From positions 32,001 to 96,000 of the IMG/VR virus record IMGVR_UViG_3300032294_002363: a DNA stretch of 64,000 nt; one strand, given 5' to 3'. Positions 9,589 to 19,220 of the stretch are shown one piece after another (position 1 is the first letter of the stretch; each line of letters starts with the position of its first letter). The DNA is from a virus. The notes under the pieces were generated by a model. That model worked only from the letters and a program-made list of their open reading frames with translations. It was not told where the DNA came from and searched no databases. The position numbers were made by a program, and so were the translations under genes.

Positions 9589-9832
9589 ATATATTAAATA
9601 TAATATAGAAGAGGTTATTAAAGCTAACTTAGATGTACAATCAATTCAAAGAAAGCTTAGGAATGACTTTGGTCTACTAAAGTCATCTTTTGATGTTTTA
9701 ACTAATTCTAAATATATATCTAATTATTTAAATTGGCCAGAAGAAAAAAAGAAAGAATTTATTATAACAATTGGCGGCAAAGTTAATTTTAAAAAGACAA
9801 AATGTTTTATAGAAGGAAAATTAGGGAGTTAA
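9566..9832 (+). CDS. hypothetical protein
   Basis: 88-aa ORF in operon; true start may be the second Met. Confidence 0.65.
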   Translation: MIKTMKNKYIKYNIEEVIKANLDVQSIQRKLRNDFGLLKSSFDVLTNSKYISNYLNWPEEKKKEFIITIGGKVNFKKTKCFIEGKLGS

Positions 9833-9835
9833 TTT

Positions 9836-10624
9836 ATGAAAATAGATAAATATTTATATGAATTTAAAGTGAATAGAGAAAAAGAGATTGAAGAAATCGA
9901 AACATCTAAAAATGATCAAGGTCAAGAAGTAAAAACTATTAAAAAAGTAAAAACTACAACCCCAGTTACATTTAGAATATTAAAACCAAATAGAAGACTA
10001 TTTGATGAGGCTGAATTATTTTATGGCATCAAACTATCAGAGGGTATTAAAGCTGGTCTTTTAACTAGATCTTTGCTCGCTAAAAGATATTCAAATGATG
10101 GCGGAGCTATGAGCGATCCAGAAAAGGAAAGATATGCAAAACTATATATAGAACTATATAGATTGCAAAATGACTTACAAAGATTTGAAGTTAATTTAGA
10201 GAAATTAACGAAAGATGAACAAACTAAAAAGATTGCTGATATTTTAAATGAAATTACGATTACAAAAAGAGAACTTCAAGAAATCGAGAACTATCACTCT
10301 ACATTATTTGATCAAACCGCTGAAAATCGTGCTAGAAATCAAACTATTATGTGGTGGGTATTAAATCTTTCTTATTTTTCAGAGAATGAGAAGGACTTTG
10401 TTCCATTTTTTGGTGAAGGAGATCATTCTAAAAAGATAGATAAATATGATGAGTTCGAAGAAGCTGGCGATATATTCTTTTCAGAATCCATGTCGAAACT
10501 AGCATATTTTATAAGTCTATGGTATATGGGCAAAGCTAATACATTAGAAGATTTTAAAAATCTAGAAAATCTATTCCAAAATTCGAGTGAATTAAAAAGT
10601 AATAATATAGAAAATAGTGAATGA
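9836..10624 (+). CDS. putative tail assembly chaperone
   Basis: Charged helical/coiled-coil protein between tube and tape measure. Confidence 0.45.
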   Translation: MKIDKYLYEFKVNREKEIEEIETSKNDQGQEVKTIKKVKTTTPVTFRILKPNRRLFDEAELFYGIKLSEGIKAGLLTRSLLAKRYSNDGGAMSDPEKERYAKLYIELYRLQNDLQRFEVNLEKLTKDEQTKKIADILNEITITKRELQEIENYHSTLFDQTAENRARNQTIMWWVLNLSYFSENEKDFVPFFGEGDHSKKIDKYDEFEEAGDIFFSESMSKLAYFISLWYMGKANTLEDFKNLENLFQNSSELKSNNIENSE

Positions 10625-11615
10625 AATTAATCAAGAGCAAAATCTTGTTAGAAAGATATATAAAGATTTAATTCTTGGATTTTCTATTTTTTATAAAAAA
10701 GATAAAGTTTTCTCATTTAAACATCTTTCAGAGCCTGAGATATGTGGGGCGAATGAAGTATATTTAAAAGCTTTTAACGAAGCAAGATACCAAGGCCTTT
10801 TAGATAGAGAAGAAAAAGTTAAAATTCTATGCGATCAAGGTGTTTGGTCTAAAGATAAAGAAGATGAGATTAAAAAAATAATTGAAGAGATCGATGTTCT
10901 ACAGAATACATTAAAAAAATTAATAATTAAATCTCAGATACAAAGAATAAGAGATCAGATTTCAAATCTAGAAAAGAATCTAAATAAAATAAGTAAAGAG
11001 AAGGAAGAACTGTTAGGATTAACAGCTGAAAACTATGCTTATAAAAAATCTAATGAATTCGTAATATATCTAAGTCTTTATGATAAAGAATTCAAAAGAA
11101 TGTTATTTAATAGCGAAGAAGAATTTTCAGAATTAAATGAAATAGATCTAATAGATTATATTAATTGTTATAGAGAGTTTATAGATACTTTTAAAATTAA
11201 TAATCTAAAAAAGATTGCTGTATCTCCATTTTTTATGAATAGCTTTTTTTTATGTGAAGATGATCCATTCATATTTTTTGGTAAGCCATTAGTTAATCTA
11301 ACTCAATATCAAATAGAACTATTTGGCGTAGCTAGAAACTATAAATATTATCTTACTAAAAGCGGGGAGAATCCTCCTAATAATATAAAGAATTTAGATG
11401 AATTAGTAAACTGGTATGAAAATCGTCAAGCAATCAATAATCTAAAGGAGAAGAATAAAGATAAACTTGGTCAAAGCTATATAGGAGCTACAAAAGAAGA
11501 GCTTATGGCTATGACCTCTGATTCTAAGGACGAAGTAGTAGATTTAACTAAAGAAGCTCAAAAGGCTGGTGGAGATTTATCATTTGAAGAGATATTAAAA
11601 ATTCATGGAATCTAA
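10617..11615 (+). CDS. putative tail assembly chaperone (second)
   Basis: GTG start; coiled-coil; immediately upstream of tape measure. Confidence 0.45.
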   Translation: MNEINQEQNLVRKIYKDLILGFSIFYKKDKVFSFKHLSEPEICGANEVYLKAFNEARYQGLLDREEKVKILCDQGVWSKDKEDEIKKIIEEIDVLQNTLKKLIIKSQIQRIRDQISNLEKNLNKISKEKEELLGLTAENYAYKKSNEFVIYLSLYDKEFKRMLFNSEEEFSELNEIDLIDYINCYREFIDTFKINNLKKIAVSPFFMNSFFLCEDDPFIFFGKPLVNLTQYQIELFGVARNYKYYLTKSGENPPNNIKNLDELVNWYENRQAINNLKEKNKDKLGQSYIGATKEELMAMTSDSKDEVVDLTKEAQKAGGDLSFEEILKIHGI

Positions 11616-11632
11616 TTAATATTTAAATTTTT

Positions 11633-11638
11633 GTGTAA
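11633..11638 (+). promoter_or_regulatory. GTGTAA putative late-promoter element
   Basis: 23 nt before tape-measure ATG 11662. Confidence 0.65.
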
Positions 11639-11661
11639 TAATACTAAAGGGGTTTACTCTT

Positions 11662-14600
11662 ATGGCACAAGGTAGAGATCAAATTATTGTTGATGTATTA
11701 GGCAATACAAAGCCTTTAGAGAAAAATATATCTAAAGTAGCAAATCAAGCCTTAACATTAAACACTAAGAATTTCTCTCAACCTTTAGGTAAAATTACAG
11801 GGCAATTAGGCGAGTTTGAGAAATCATTGGCCGCATCTAATGCTCGTGTTATTGCATTCGGCGCTTCCGCTGGAGCCATATACGCTGTTCAAAGAGCATT
11901 TGAGGCGACAATTAGAACTGTAATAGATGTAGAGAAATCCTTAGCAGACATTAATGTAATATTAAACGTTAGTCAAAAAACCTTAACAAGTTTTGGTAAT
12001 AGTCTTTTCGATATTGCAAAGAATACAGGTTTATCTTTCTCAGAAGTAGCAAAAGCAGCTACAGAATTTTCTAGACAGGGTTTAGGTATTGAAGATACAT
12101 TAAAAAGAACCAGCGATGCATTAATATTAACAAGATTAAGTGGTTTAGATACAGTAAGTAGCGTAGAAGCTTTAACTGCGGCAATAAATTCTTTCTCTAA
12201 CTCAGCCTTAACTTCTACAGAAATTGTAAATAAATTAGCTGCTGTAGACGCTGCATTTGCAGTTAGTTCTGCAGATCTAGCAGAAGCAATTAAAAGAGTA
12301 GGTAGCTCTGCTGATGACGTAGGGGTAAGCTTTGATCAACTAATTGGTTTAGTAACATCCGCACAACAAATAACTTCAAGAGGTGGAAGTGTTATCGGTA
12401 ACAGCTTTAAGACGATTTTTACAAGATTGCAAAGACCAAAAACTTTAGAAGCCTTAGAGCAGATTGGAGTAGCTACAAAAGATCAAGAAGGAAATATCCT
12501 ACCTCTTGTACAGATCCTTAACTCTTTATCTCAAACATATGATAAGTTAAGTTCCGTACAGAAAGCTCAAATTGCTGAAACGGTTGGCGGTGTTTTCCAA
12601 ATCAATATTTTAAAGGCAGCTTTAGGAGATCTATCTAAAGAATATTCTATTTACTCTAGAGCTTTAGGAATATCTTCTGGAGCTACAGATGAAGCTACAA
12701 GAAGAAATGAAATATTAAATCAAACACTAGCCGCAACAATTAATAAAACCGTAGTAAATTTACAAAACGCTGCAACAGATATAGGTAATTTAGCTCTTGC
12801 CCCAGCGCTTCAAAGAGCTTTAGGTGGACTAAATTATGTTCTAGAAAATTTTGGAACAGATGAAAGCGAAGGCATAGGAACAAAGATTGGAGAAGGATTA
12901 GCTAGAGGTTTAGGAAACTTCTTAAGTGGTCCAGGATTATTAATTGGTGTTGCAGCTCTAATTAAGATCTTTGAAAGATTGACAGTCTTTACGGCTGACG
13001 CTTTTAAGCAGTTGACAGGATTAAATACTCAGACCGCAGAACAAAGATCTTTACAGGCTCAGATTTTAAATTTAATAGGAAGAAATCCTCAGATTATACA
13101 ACAGATAAATAGTGGCAATTTAGACACAGCTAATTTACATAAACAGATATTATCTTTGATTGAACAAGAAACTGTAGCAATGCAAAGACAAGTCAGCATT
13201 GCTGATTCCTTAACAAAAAGTTTAATGGCTGCAGGAGTTAGAATACCTCAGACTGGCCCAATGAGAGGTACTGCAGTTAGAACAAAATCATTTGGTTTTG
13301 TACCTAACTTTAGCGCAAATCAAGAAATTATGGGTGCTTTTGCTGGTGGATATATGCCAGGACAAGTTAAAAAGATGGTTATTCCTAACTATGGAGCAGT
13401 TACGTATAATAGCGCAGAGAAAGTAAAAAGATTTAATGGCATGAATCAACCCGCCATTATGCCTCCACAAGAAAGTCTTGCTGGAAAAAATTATAAGAAA
13501 AATTTTGAAGCAGCACATGGATTTAATCCTTATGCAAATAAGGGCTTTATTCCTAATTTTGCTACATTATTAGGAAATCCCTATGAACAGAATTATGTAA
13601 AACTTCAAGGTGAACTTAAAAATATAGCAAGTTATGGTTCAGCAGGAATATCAATAAGTAGAATTGGCAAAGCCCTTGGCGTTGTTAGAGGGCCAGAAGG
13701 AAACTTTTATGTTCCATTTAATAACTATGAAAAACTACTCAAAGCTTCAAAGCAAGATTTAGAAAAAAATGCTGCAGGAAGAGGAAAAAGATTTGAAGGT
13801 AAGATAGAACCATACGCATTAGTTTATCCAAGCTTTGGTATGTCTAATCCATTCCCAAGCGCAGGAAGAGCTGGTGGTAAATCTATAGGTTTTGATGTTG
13901 TGCCATTCCCAGGAAATATAAAAGGTCAGAGCACAAATATCATTGGCCCAAGTCTTTATAAAAAATCGTTAAAAGCACTTGTAGATAATGCTTCTGAATT
14001 CTTAGTTAATCTTGCTGGAGTAGATCCAGATGTCATAAATGATCAAAAATTTAAAAATTATTTATATAGTAATATAAGCCAAGATCAAATCGGAACTTTA
14101 GTCGGTAATGCTTTTGAGGGTGGAATACTTGCCTCTTTAAATATTGTACCAAATGATAGATCAAGAATCTTAGACTTAAGTAGAGAAGAAATTAAAAAAC
14201 TTGGTGAAACGTTTAAGATATCTTCTCTAACATCAGGTAAGTATTTAGGTGGAGATTTTAAAAATGCATTAAGCCCATTTAATTTAGATAGTATGGCTGG
14301 TAAAATATTAAATACTAGATTAAATAAAAATTTTGGATTTATTCCTAATTTTTCTCCAATTAATAAAGCTTTCCAAACAGAGAAAAGTCTTGGCGGATCA
14401 CCAGTTCTAGATTATCAATCTGGAGTAGGATTATACGTTAGAGATAGTAAAAGACAGCCAAATTTTGCTGCAGTAAAAAGAGACCATCCAGAAGGTTTAT
14501 CTAAAGCTATAAGTAATTCATATGCTATGCAAAAGGGAATGGCAGCATTTGGATTTGTACCAAATTTTGTTCGTCTTCCAGAGACAATACCAACCGCTCA

Positions 14601-17550
14601 AGCTGAGATGTTAAAAGCTGGTGTATTAAGAGGCGGATTTACAGAAGATATAGCCATGAGAGAACTAACTCAGGAACAAGAACAACTTACGGAAACAACA
14701 AGAAAAACAAGATTTGATTTAGATAAATTCAGAGAAAAAGCCATCTTTGCCTCTTTTGGTCTTTCTATAGCTGGATCATTCTTCTCTGAAGTTGCAGGAG
14801 AAAACGAAGCTCTTAAGAAGAATATAAACAATTTTTCCCAAGGACTTTCAACCGCTTTAACAGCAGTATCTTTACTTCCTGGTCCAATAGGTCTAGCTGT
14901 AGGAGGAATAACCGCTTTATATTCTGCGGCAGTATTTTTAGCAAAAACATTTAGAGATAATGGAGAGGATATTACCAAAAATTTTGAAAGAGTAAAAGAA
15001 GAGAATACAAATTTTACTAATGCTACTTCTACATATTCACAAACTTTACAAAAATTAAATGACGCATATAGTTCTGCCAAAACGCCTATAGAAACAATTG
15101 TAAAATTAAATGAAGATTTAGCTAAAGCTGCAATGGATTTACCAGAAAAATATAGATTACAATTATTATCTATTACAGATAATACAAAATTACAAGATGA
15201 GATTAATAGAATCCAAGGATCATTAGCGCGAGAACAAAGGAATCTTGAATTTGCTACATCTGTTAACGCAAAACTTCAAGAAGGCGCATTTAGCGCACCA
15301 AGAGTATTTCAGACAGGAGGAGCTTTAAGAGGAGCAACAAGAGAAATATTTGGAGGGTTTTCTGAGCGAGGTCAAATAAAATTTTTAAGAGATATAAATT
15401 CTGAATTTTTAAAATTAAATCAACCAGATCTTATTAACTTCTTAGAAAAATCTTATGGCTTGAATAGAGATATCGCTGATGTATTATCTAGGACTAATCC
15501 ACAAGAATTTAAAGATCTAACTACTGGATTATTCCTATATATTGAAGGCTTAAAAAGATCTCAAAATGAATTTAAGGCAACAGAAGATCTAAGAAAAGAA
15601 GAAGCTAAAACTCAGAAAGCTTTAGAGAGACAGACGCTAAAAGCTAAATTAGCTTTAGATACATTAAATGATTCATTGGTAACATTAGTTAATGCATCTG
15701 TAAGATCTGAAGCATTTAGACAAAATTTTGGAAATACAAGAGGAGCAAATGCTAGAGAGACTCAAATATCTAGAGCTGGAGGACTTCTTGATCTAGCTGA
15801 ACTATTTACATCTCAAGAATATGTAACAGGAACTAGAGGTAGATTAGCAGAACTAAGTGCTTTAGAAACATATGGCACACAGGCGAGAGAAATAACTTCC
15901 TCTACTCGTCAATCTATTTTAGAAATTGGATCAAATCTATTAAGAGATCTAAGAAGGCCAGGACAAGAAGAACCTCAAGCTAGAGGTTTAATAGAATCAT
16001 TTGAATCTAAACTCTTAGATATAAGTAAGCAGAATATATCTGCTAATGAAACTGCTGAAAAATTAAATGAAGCAATAGGTTCAATATTTGGCTCTTCTTT
16101 TGATAGATCTACAGAAGTGCAATCAAAGGTGCAGGATGAAGTTAGACGACAGAATGAAAAATTAGCTTTACTAAGTGAAGAACAAAAGAAAAGCAATGAG
16201 ATTGCTAGATCAAATCTTTCTATTCAACAAAAGATTTTACAGGCTCGCAGAGATATAGAAACTTTTGGAGGTGTCCAAGGATTTTTAGATCCAGAGTCTC
16301 TTAAGTCAAGTTTTGATAACTTCCAAAGAAGTCTAAATCTATTTCGTAGTGGTCGATCAAATTTAGCGGAAAGAGGTCGTGGTGCCGCTGGTTTATTATC
16401 TGAGACAATAAGATTTGCTGGAGGAAGTATTGGGCCTGGACTAGATCGTGGATTAGGATCATTAAGAGCCGCAGCTATTACAGGAAGAGCTTCAGAATTG
16501 AGATCTCAGGCTAGGGGATTAGCTGGACAAGCTCCTCTTGGATTAAAGCCAGTGTTTAGAGATATAGCGGCTCGCTCAACAGAGATTGCAACAAGGCAGA
16601 TAGATAATTTAATAAAAAGTGAGAATATAGGAGAAAATGTTGATCAAATAGCGAAATTATTACGCAGTATTGAGTCTGCTCAAGGGACAAATGTAATTCC
16701 AGAATTAAATAATACAATTATATCTGCACTACAAGCTGTCCAACAGGATCTTACTCCATCAATAGATGATCTAAAATTATCTTTAGATAAAGCTTCTCAA
16801 ATATTTACTCAAAGAGAAACATATCAAAATATCGGAGCAGAGATTAGTAGAGCAACATTAACAAAAACTGGAGGAGAGTTTAGAGTAACTCAAGCTGAAA
16901 CTGCACTTCCAAATATAATCAAGAGATTACAAGAAGAATTTCCATCTGCAATTGAAGGAGGCGTACCAAGTTCTAGAAGACAGTTCCTTGAGCAATTTAG
17001 CCCAATACTTCAAAGAGCATTTAGCGAAGGAAGACCTATCGGGTTAAGAGAATTACGTGGCGAGAATATGCCAGCTGGATTAAGACCAAGGATTGATGAT
17101 AAAGGAGCTTTTGCTCAGTTACTACAAGAATATAATAATCAAATATCTATTATAGAAACATCCAGACAATCCATACAGGCATCAAGTCAAGCCCTTGATC
17201 AATTAAATGCTAGAGCTACAGATACAGCTGCAGCTTTATTATCTCTTGGTCAAAATGTTACTCCAATTGGTGCTTTAGCGGGTCCACAAGTTGTGCAGGG
17301 CAGTGTTGACTTGAATATACCTAATAATTTATTAGAGCTTAATGTCGGTGGTAATATATCTTTTGATGGGGGAAGAGTCGAAGTAGTTCTTTCTCCAGAG
17401 TCTGACTTAACAACCTTAGTAACACCCATTGTCAATGATTTCCTTAGTCAAGCTAAAAAAGATCTTCAAACAGAATTTAATAACCAAATATTTAAAGTCC
17501 GCGAAGAGGCTGGACTAAGGAGGCAAGCAGTACCACTATTAGAAAGATAA
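11662..17550 (+). CDS. tail tape measure protein (TP901-type core)
   Basis: 1962 aa, Ala/Leu-rich helical; N-terminal EKSLADINVIL...EVAKAATEFSRQG...LTRLSGL...VNKLAAVDAAFAVSSADLAEAIKRVGSSA...GSVIGNSFKTIFTRL. Confidence 0.92.
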   Translation: MAQGRDQIIVDVLGNTKPLEKNISKVANQALTLNTKNFSQPLGKITGQLGEFEKSLAASNARVIAFGASAGAIYAVQRAFEATIRTVIDVEKSLADINVILNVSQKTLTSFGNSLFDIAKNTGLSFSEVAKAATEFSRQGLGIEDTLKRTSDALILTRLSGLDTVSSVEALTAAINSFSNSALTSTEIVNKLAAVDAAFAVSSADLAEAIKRVGSSADDVGVSFDQLIGLVTSAQQITSRGGSVIGNSFKTIFTRLQRPKTLEALEQIGVATKDQEGNILPLVQILNSLSQTYDKLSSVQKAQIAETVGGVFQINILKAALGDLSKEYSIYSRALGISSGATDEATRRNEILNQTLAATINKTVVNLQNAATDIGNLALAPALQRALGGLNYVLENFGTDESEGIGTKIGEGLARGLGNFLSGPGLLIGVAALIKIFERLTVFTADAFKQLTGLNTQTAEQRSLQAQILNLIGRNPQIIQQINSGNLDTANLHKQILSLIEQETVAMQRQVSIADSLTKSLMAAGVRIPQTGPMRGTAVRTKSFGFVPNFSANQEIMGAFAGGYMPGQVKKMVIPNYGAVTYNSAEKVKRFNGMNQPAIMPPQESLAGKNYKKNFEAAHGFNPYANKGFIPNFATLLGNPYEQNYVKLQGELKNIASYGSAGISISRIGKALGVVRGPEGNFYVPFNNYEKLLKASKQDLEKNAAGRGKRFEGKIEPYALVYPSFGMSNPFPSAGRAGGKSIGFDVVPFPGNIKGQSTNIIGPSLYKKSLKALVDNASEFLVNLAGVDPDVINDQKFKNYLYSNISQDQIGTLVGNAFEGGILASLNIVPNDRSRILDLSREEIKKLGETFKISSLTSGKYLGGDFKNALSPFNLDSMAGKILNTRLNKNFGFIPNFSPINKAFQTEKSLGGSPVLDYQSGVGLYVRDSKRQPNFAAVKRDHPEGLSKAISNSYAMQKGMAAFGFVPNFVRLPETIPTAQAEMLKAGVLRGGFTEDIAMRELTQEQEQLTETTRKTRFDLDKFREKAIFASFGLSIAGSFFSEVAGENEALKKNINNFSQGLSTALTAVSLLPGPIGLAVGGITALYSAAVFLAKTFRDNGEDITKNFERVKEENTNFTNATSTYSQTLQKLNDAYSSAKTPIETIVKLNEDLAKAAMDLPEKYRLQLLSITDNTKLQDEINRIQGSLAREQRNLEFATSVNAKLQEGAFSAPRVFQTGGALRGATREIFGGFSERGQIKFLRDINSEFLKLNQPDLINFLEKSYGLNRDIADVLSRTNPQEFKDLTTGLFLYIEGLKRSQNEFKATEDLRKEEAKTQKALERQTLKAKLALDTLNDSLVTLVNASVRSEAFRQNFGNTRGANARETQISRAGGLLDLAELFTSQEYVTGTRGRLAELSALETYGTQAREITSSTRQSILEIGSNLLRDLRRPGQEEPQARGLIESFESKLLDISKQNISANETAEKLNEAIGSIFGSSFDRSTEVQSKVQDEVRRQNEKLALLSEEQKKSNEIARSNLSIQQKILQARRDIETFGGVQGFLDPESLKSSFDNFQRSLNLFRSGRSNLAERGRGAAGLLSETIRFAGGSIGPGLDRGLGSLRAAAITGRASELRSQARGLAGQAPLGLKPVFRDIAARSTEIATRQIDNLIKSENIGENVDQIAKLLRSIESAQGTNVIPELNNTIISALQAVQQDLTPSIDDLKLSLDKASQIFTQRETYQNIGAEISRATLTKTGGEFRVTQAETALPNIIKRLQEEFPSAIEGGVPSSRRQFLEQFSPILQRAFSEGRPIGLRELRGENMPAGLRPRIDDKGAFAQLLQEYNNQISIIETSRQSIQASSQALDQLNARATDTAAALLSLGQNVTPIGALAGPQVVQGSVDLNIPNNLLELNVGGNISFDGGRVEVVLSPESDLTTLVTPIVNDFLSQAKKDLQTEFNNQIFKVREEAGLRRQAVPLLER

Positions 17551-17577
17551 TAAAAGGAAAAAGGATTTAAAAGGATT

Positions 17578-19218
17578 ATGGCTTATACATTTATAGATGC
17601 AACACTTCTTGGATATCAAGTAAATAGAAATTACTTGGGGGAAGGTCTATTTGTATTAAACACAACTAAAAATATTTCTATTGAGGGAATCTTTGATAAT
17701 AGAAAATCTAATAGTGATGCAGAAGGCGTTAAAGAGACATATGAAGATATAACAGGTTTATTAACTGGTATAGTTAATGCTTATGATCGCGTCGTAGTAA
17801 ACGGATATAATCTAGGCACTGGTAAAGTTCTAAGCGTTTCTTTCCCAGAAGAAAATCCAATTAGGATTGGCAAATATAGATATGAAATTGAAATTATAGA
17901 AAATAGTGATTTTAGCAATATGCCATCTGATGGTATATATGGATCAAATTTAAATACTTTTAATGATAAAATAACAGAATTAGATGAATCTTTTAATTTC
18001 AATAATGAGGAGAATGGTGATTTTTCTTATAATCATGATATTTCTATTCAATATTATGATGATGGTTCAGACCTAATACAAAAATCAAAAAATGCTGCTA
18101 ATATCATATTCAACGACGCTTTAAACATAGGTTTAATTGGACAATTCTCTGGATATTACAATGTGCTTAGAAATAAGAAGAATTATTTTTCAGAGTCTTA
18201 TGATCTTATAAATAAGAGATGCAATTTTACAAAAAACATATTAATTAATAGAAATTATAATACAAATTATACAACCTCTTTATCTCATTCACTTAGCTTA
18301 GAAGCAAATGGAAAAATAACTGTACAAGAAGAAGGCGTAATTAAAGCTTTAGATAATACATTGCAATATACAGCAGAGAATTATTTTCAAGCAGAGTTAA
18401 ATGCATCATATTCACGTTGTCAATCAATATTTGATACTTATTCAGAAAAATATAATCTTGGCATAAAAGATTCTCTCTATAATCAACCATTCTCTTTAGG
18501 TAAGACATTTAATATAATTGATAATTCTTTGCAATATCAAGTTTCTTATGTAAATGATCCAAGTTTTGAAGGTAATATCATTAATACTTATACAATCAAT
18601 GTTGATAGAGATATTGAAGATCTTATAAACTACACGGAACAAGGCACTTTAACTCAAGTCGGTCAGATTGGAACTATTACAAATTTAAGTCTAATTAAAA
18701 CAAAATATCAAGCAGCTAAAACAAGAGCTTCTATTGAATACCCAGCATTAAAGCTAAAAAATACTTCATTTAGTGCGGGTAGTTTATCAAATAACTCTAG
18801 TATAGTTTATAATAATCAATTTTCTTATTCGATAGAAAGAACAAGCGATAATTCTATAATAGAGAATGATCCAAACTATAAAAGTCTTTCAATAAAAATT
18901 AATGATCAAGCTCCATACAATCTATATAAAGAATATATTATAGCGAATCGTGAACCAAAAAATATACTGTTTGTTTCTGGAAATCAAGTCGAAATGGGAG
19001 CAAGAAGCGTAACTGTGGAGGGAACTTTGGTAAGACCAACTGTAAATCCATGGTTAAGTCCTATAGCTTTTCCATTGACAGATTTAAAAAGTAAAGCGAT
19101 CTCTGGCGCGTTAAATCTTGTTTCAGATGAAGCTTTTATTGATACTATTTCATATAATTATAATTCAGACAATAACTTTTCTTTTAATCTGAATTTAAAA
19201 TATCTAAAAGTGGAGTAA
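17578..19218 (+). CDS. putative tail-tip/baseplate-hub protein; paralogue of 19221-21257
   Basis: Follows tape measure; shares SFNFNNEENGDFSYNHDISIQ / NYFSESYDL motifs with the next gene. Confidence 0.5.
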   Translation: MAYTFIDATLLGYQVNRNYLGEGLFVLNTTKNISIEGIFDNRKSNSDAEGVKETYEDITGLLTGIVNAYDRVVVNGYNLGTGKVLSVSFPEENPIRIGKYRYEIEIIENSDFSNMPSDGIYGSNLNTFNDKITELDESFNFNNEENGDFSYNHDISIQYYDDGSDLIQKSKNAANIIFNDALNIGLIGQFSGYYNVLRNKKNYFSESYDLINKRCNFTKNILINRNYNTNYTTSLSHSLSLEANGKITVQEEGVIKALDNTLQYTAENYFQAELNASYSRCQSIFDTYSEKYNLGIKDSLYNQPFSLGKTFNIIDNSLQYQVSYVNDPSFEGNIINTYTINVDRDIEDLINYTEQGTLTQVGQIGTITNLSLIKTKYQAAKTRASIEYPALKLKNTSFSAGSLSNNSSIVYNNQFSYSIERTSDNSIIENDPNYKSLSIKINDQAPYNLYKEYIIANREPKNILFVSGNQVEMGARSVTVEGTLVRPTVNPWLSPIAFPLTDLKSKAISGALNLVSDEAFIDTISYNYNSDNNFSFNLNLKYLKVE

Positions 19219-19220
19219 AT

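Noticed and set aside
10590-10624. Programmed -1 frameshift joining the two tail chaperone ORFs (lambda G/GT type)
   Set aside because: The downstream ORF is in the +1 frame, has an in-frame TAG at 10608-10610 just before its GTG start, and no clear slippery heptamer is present.
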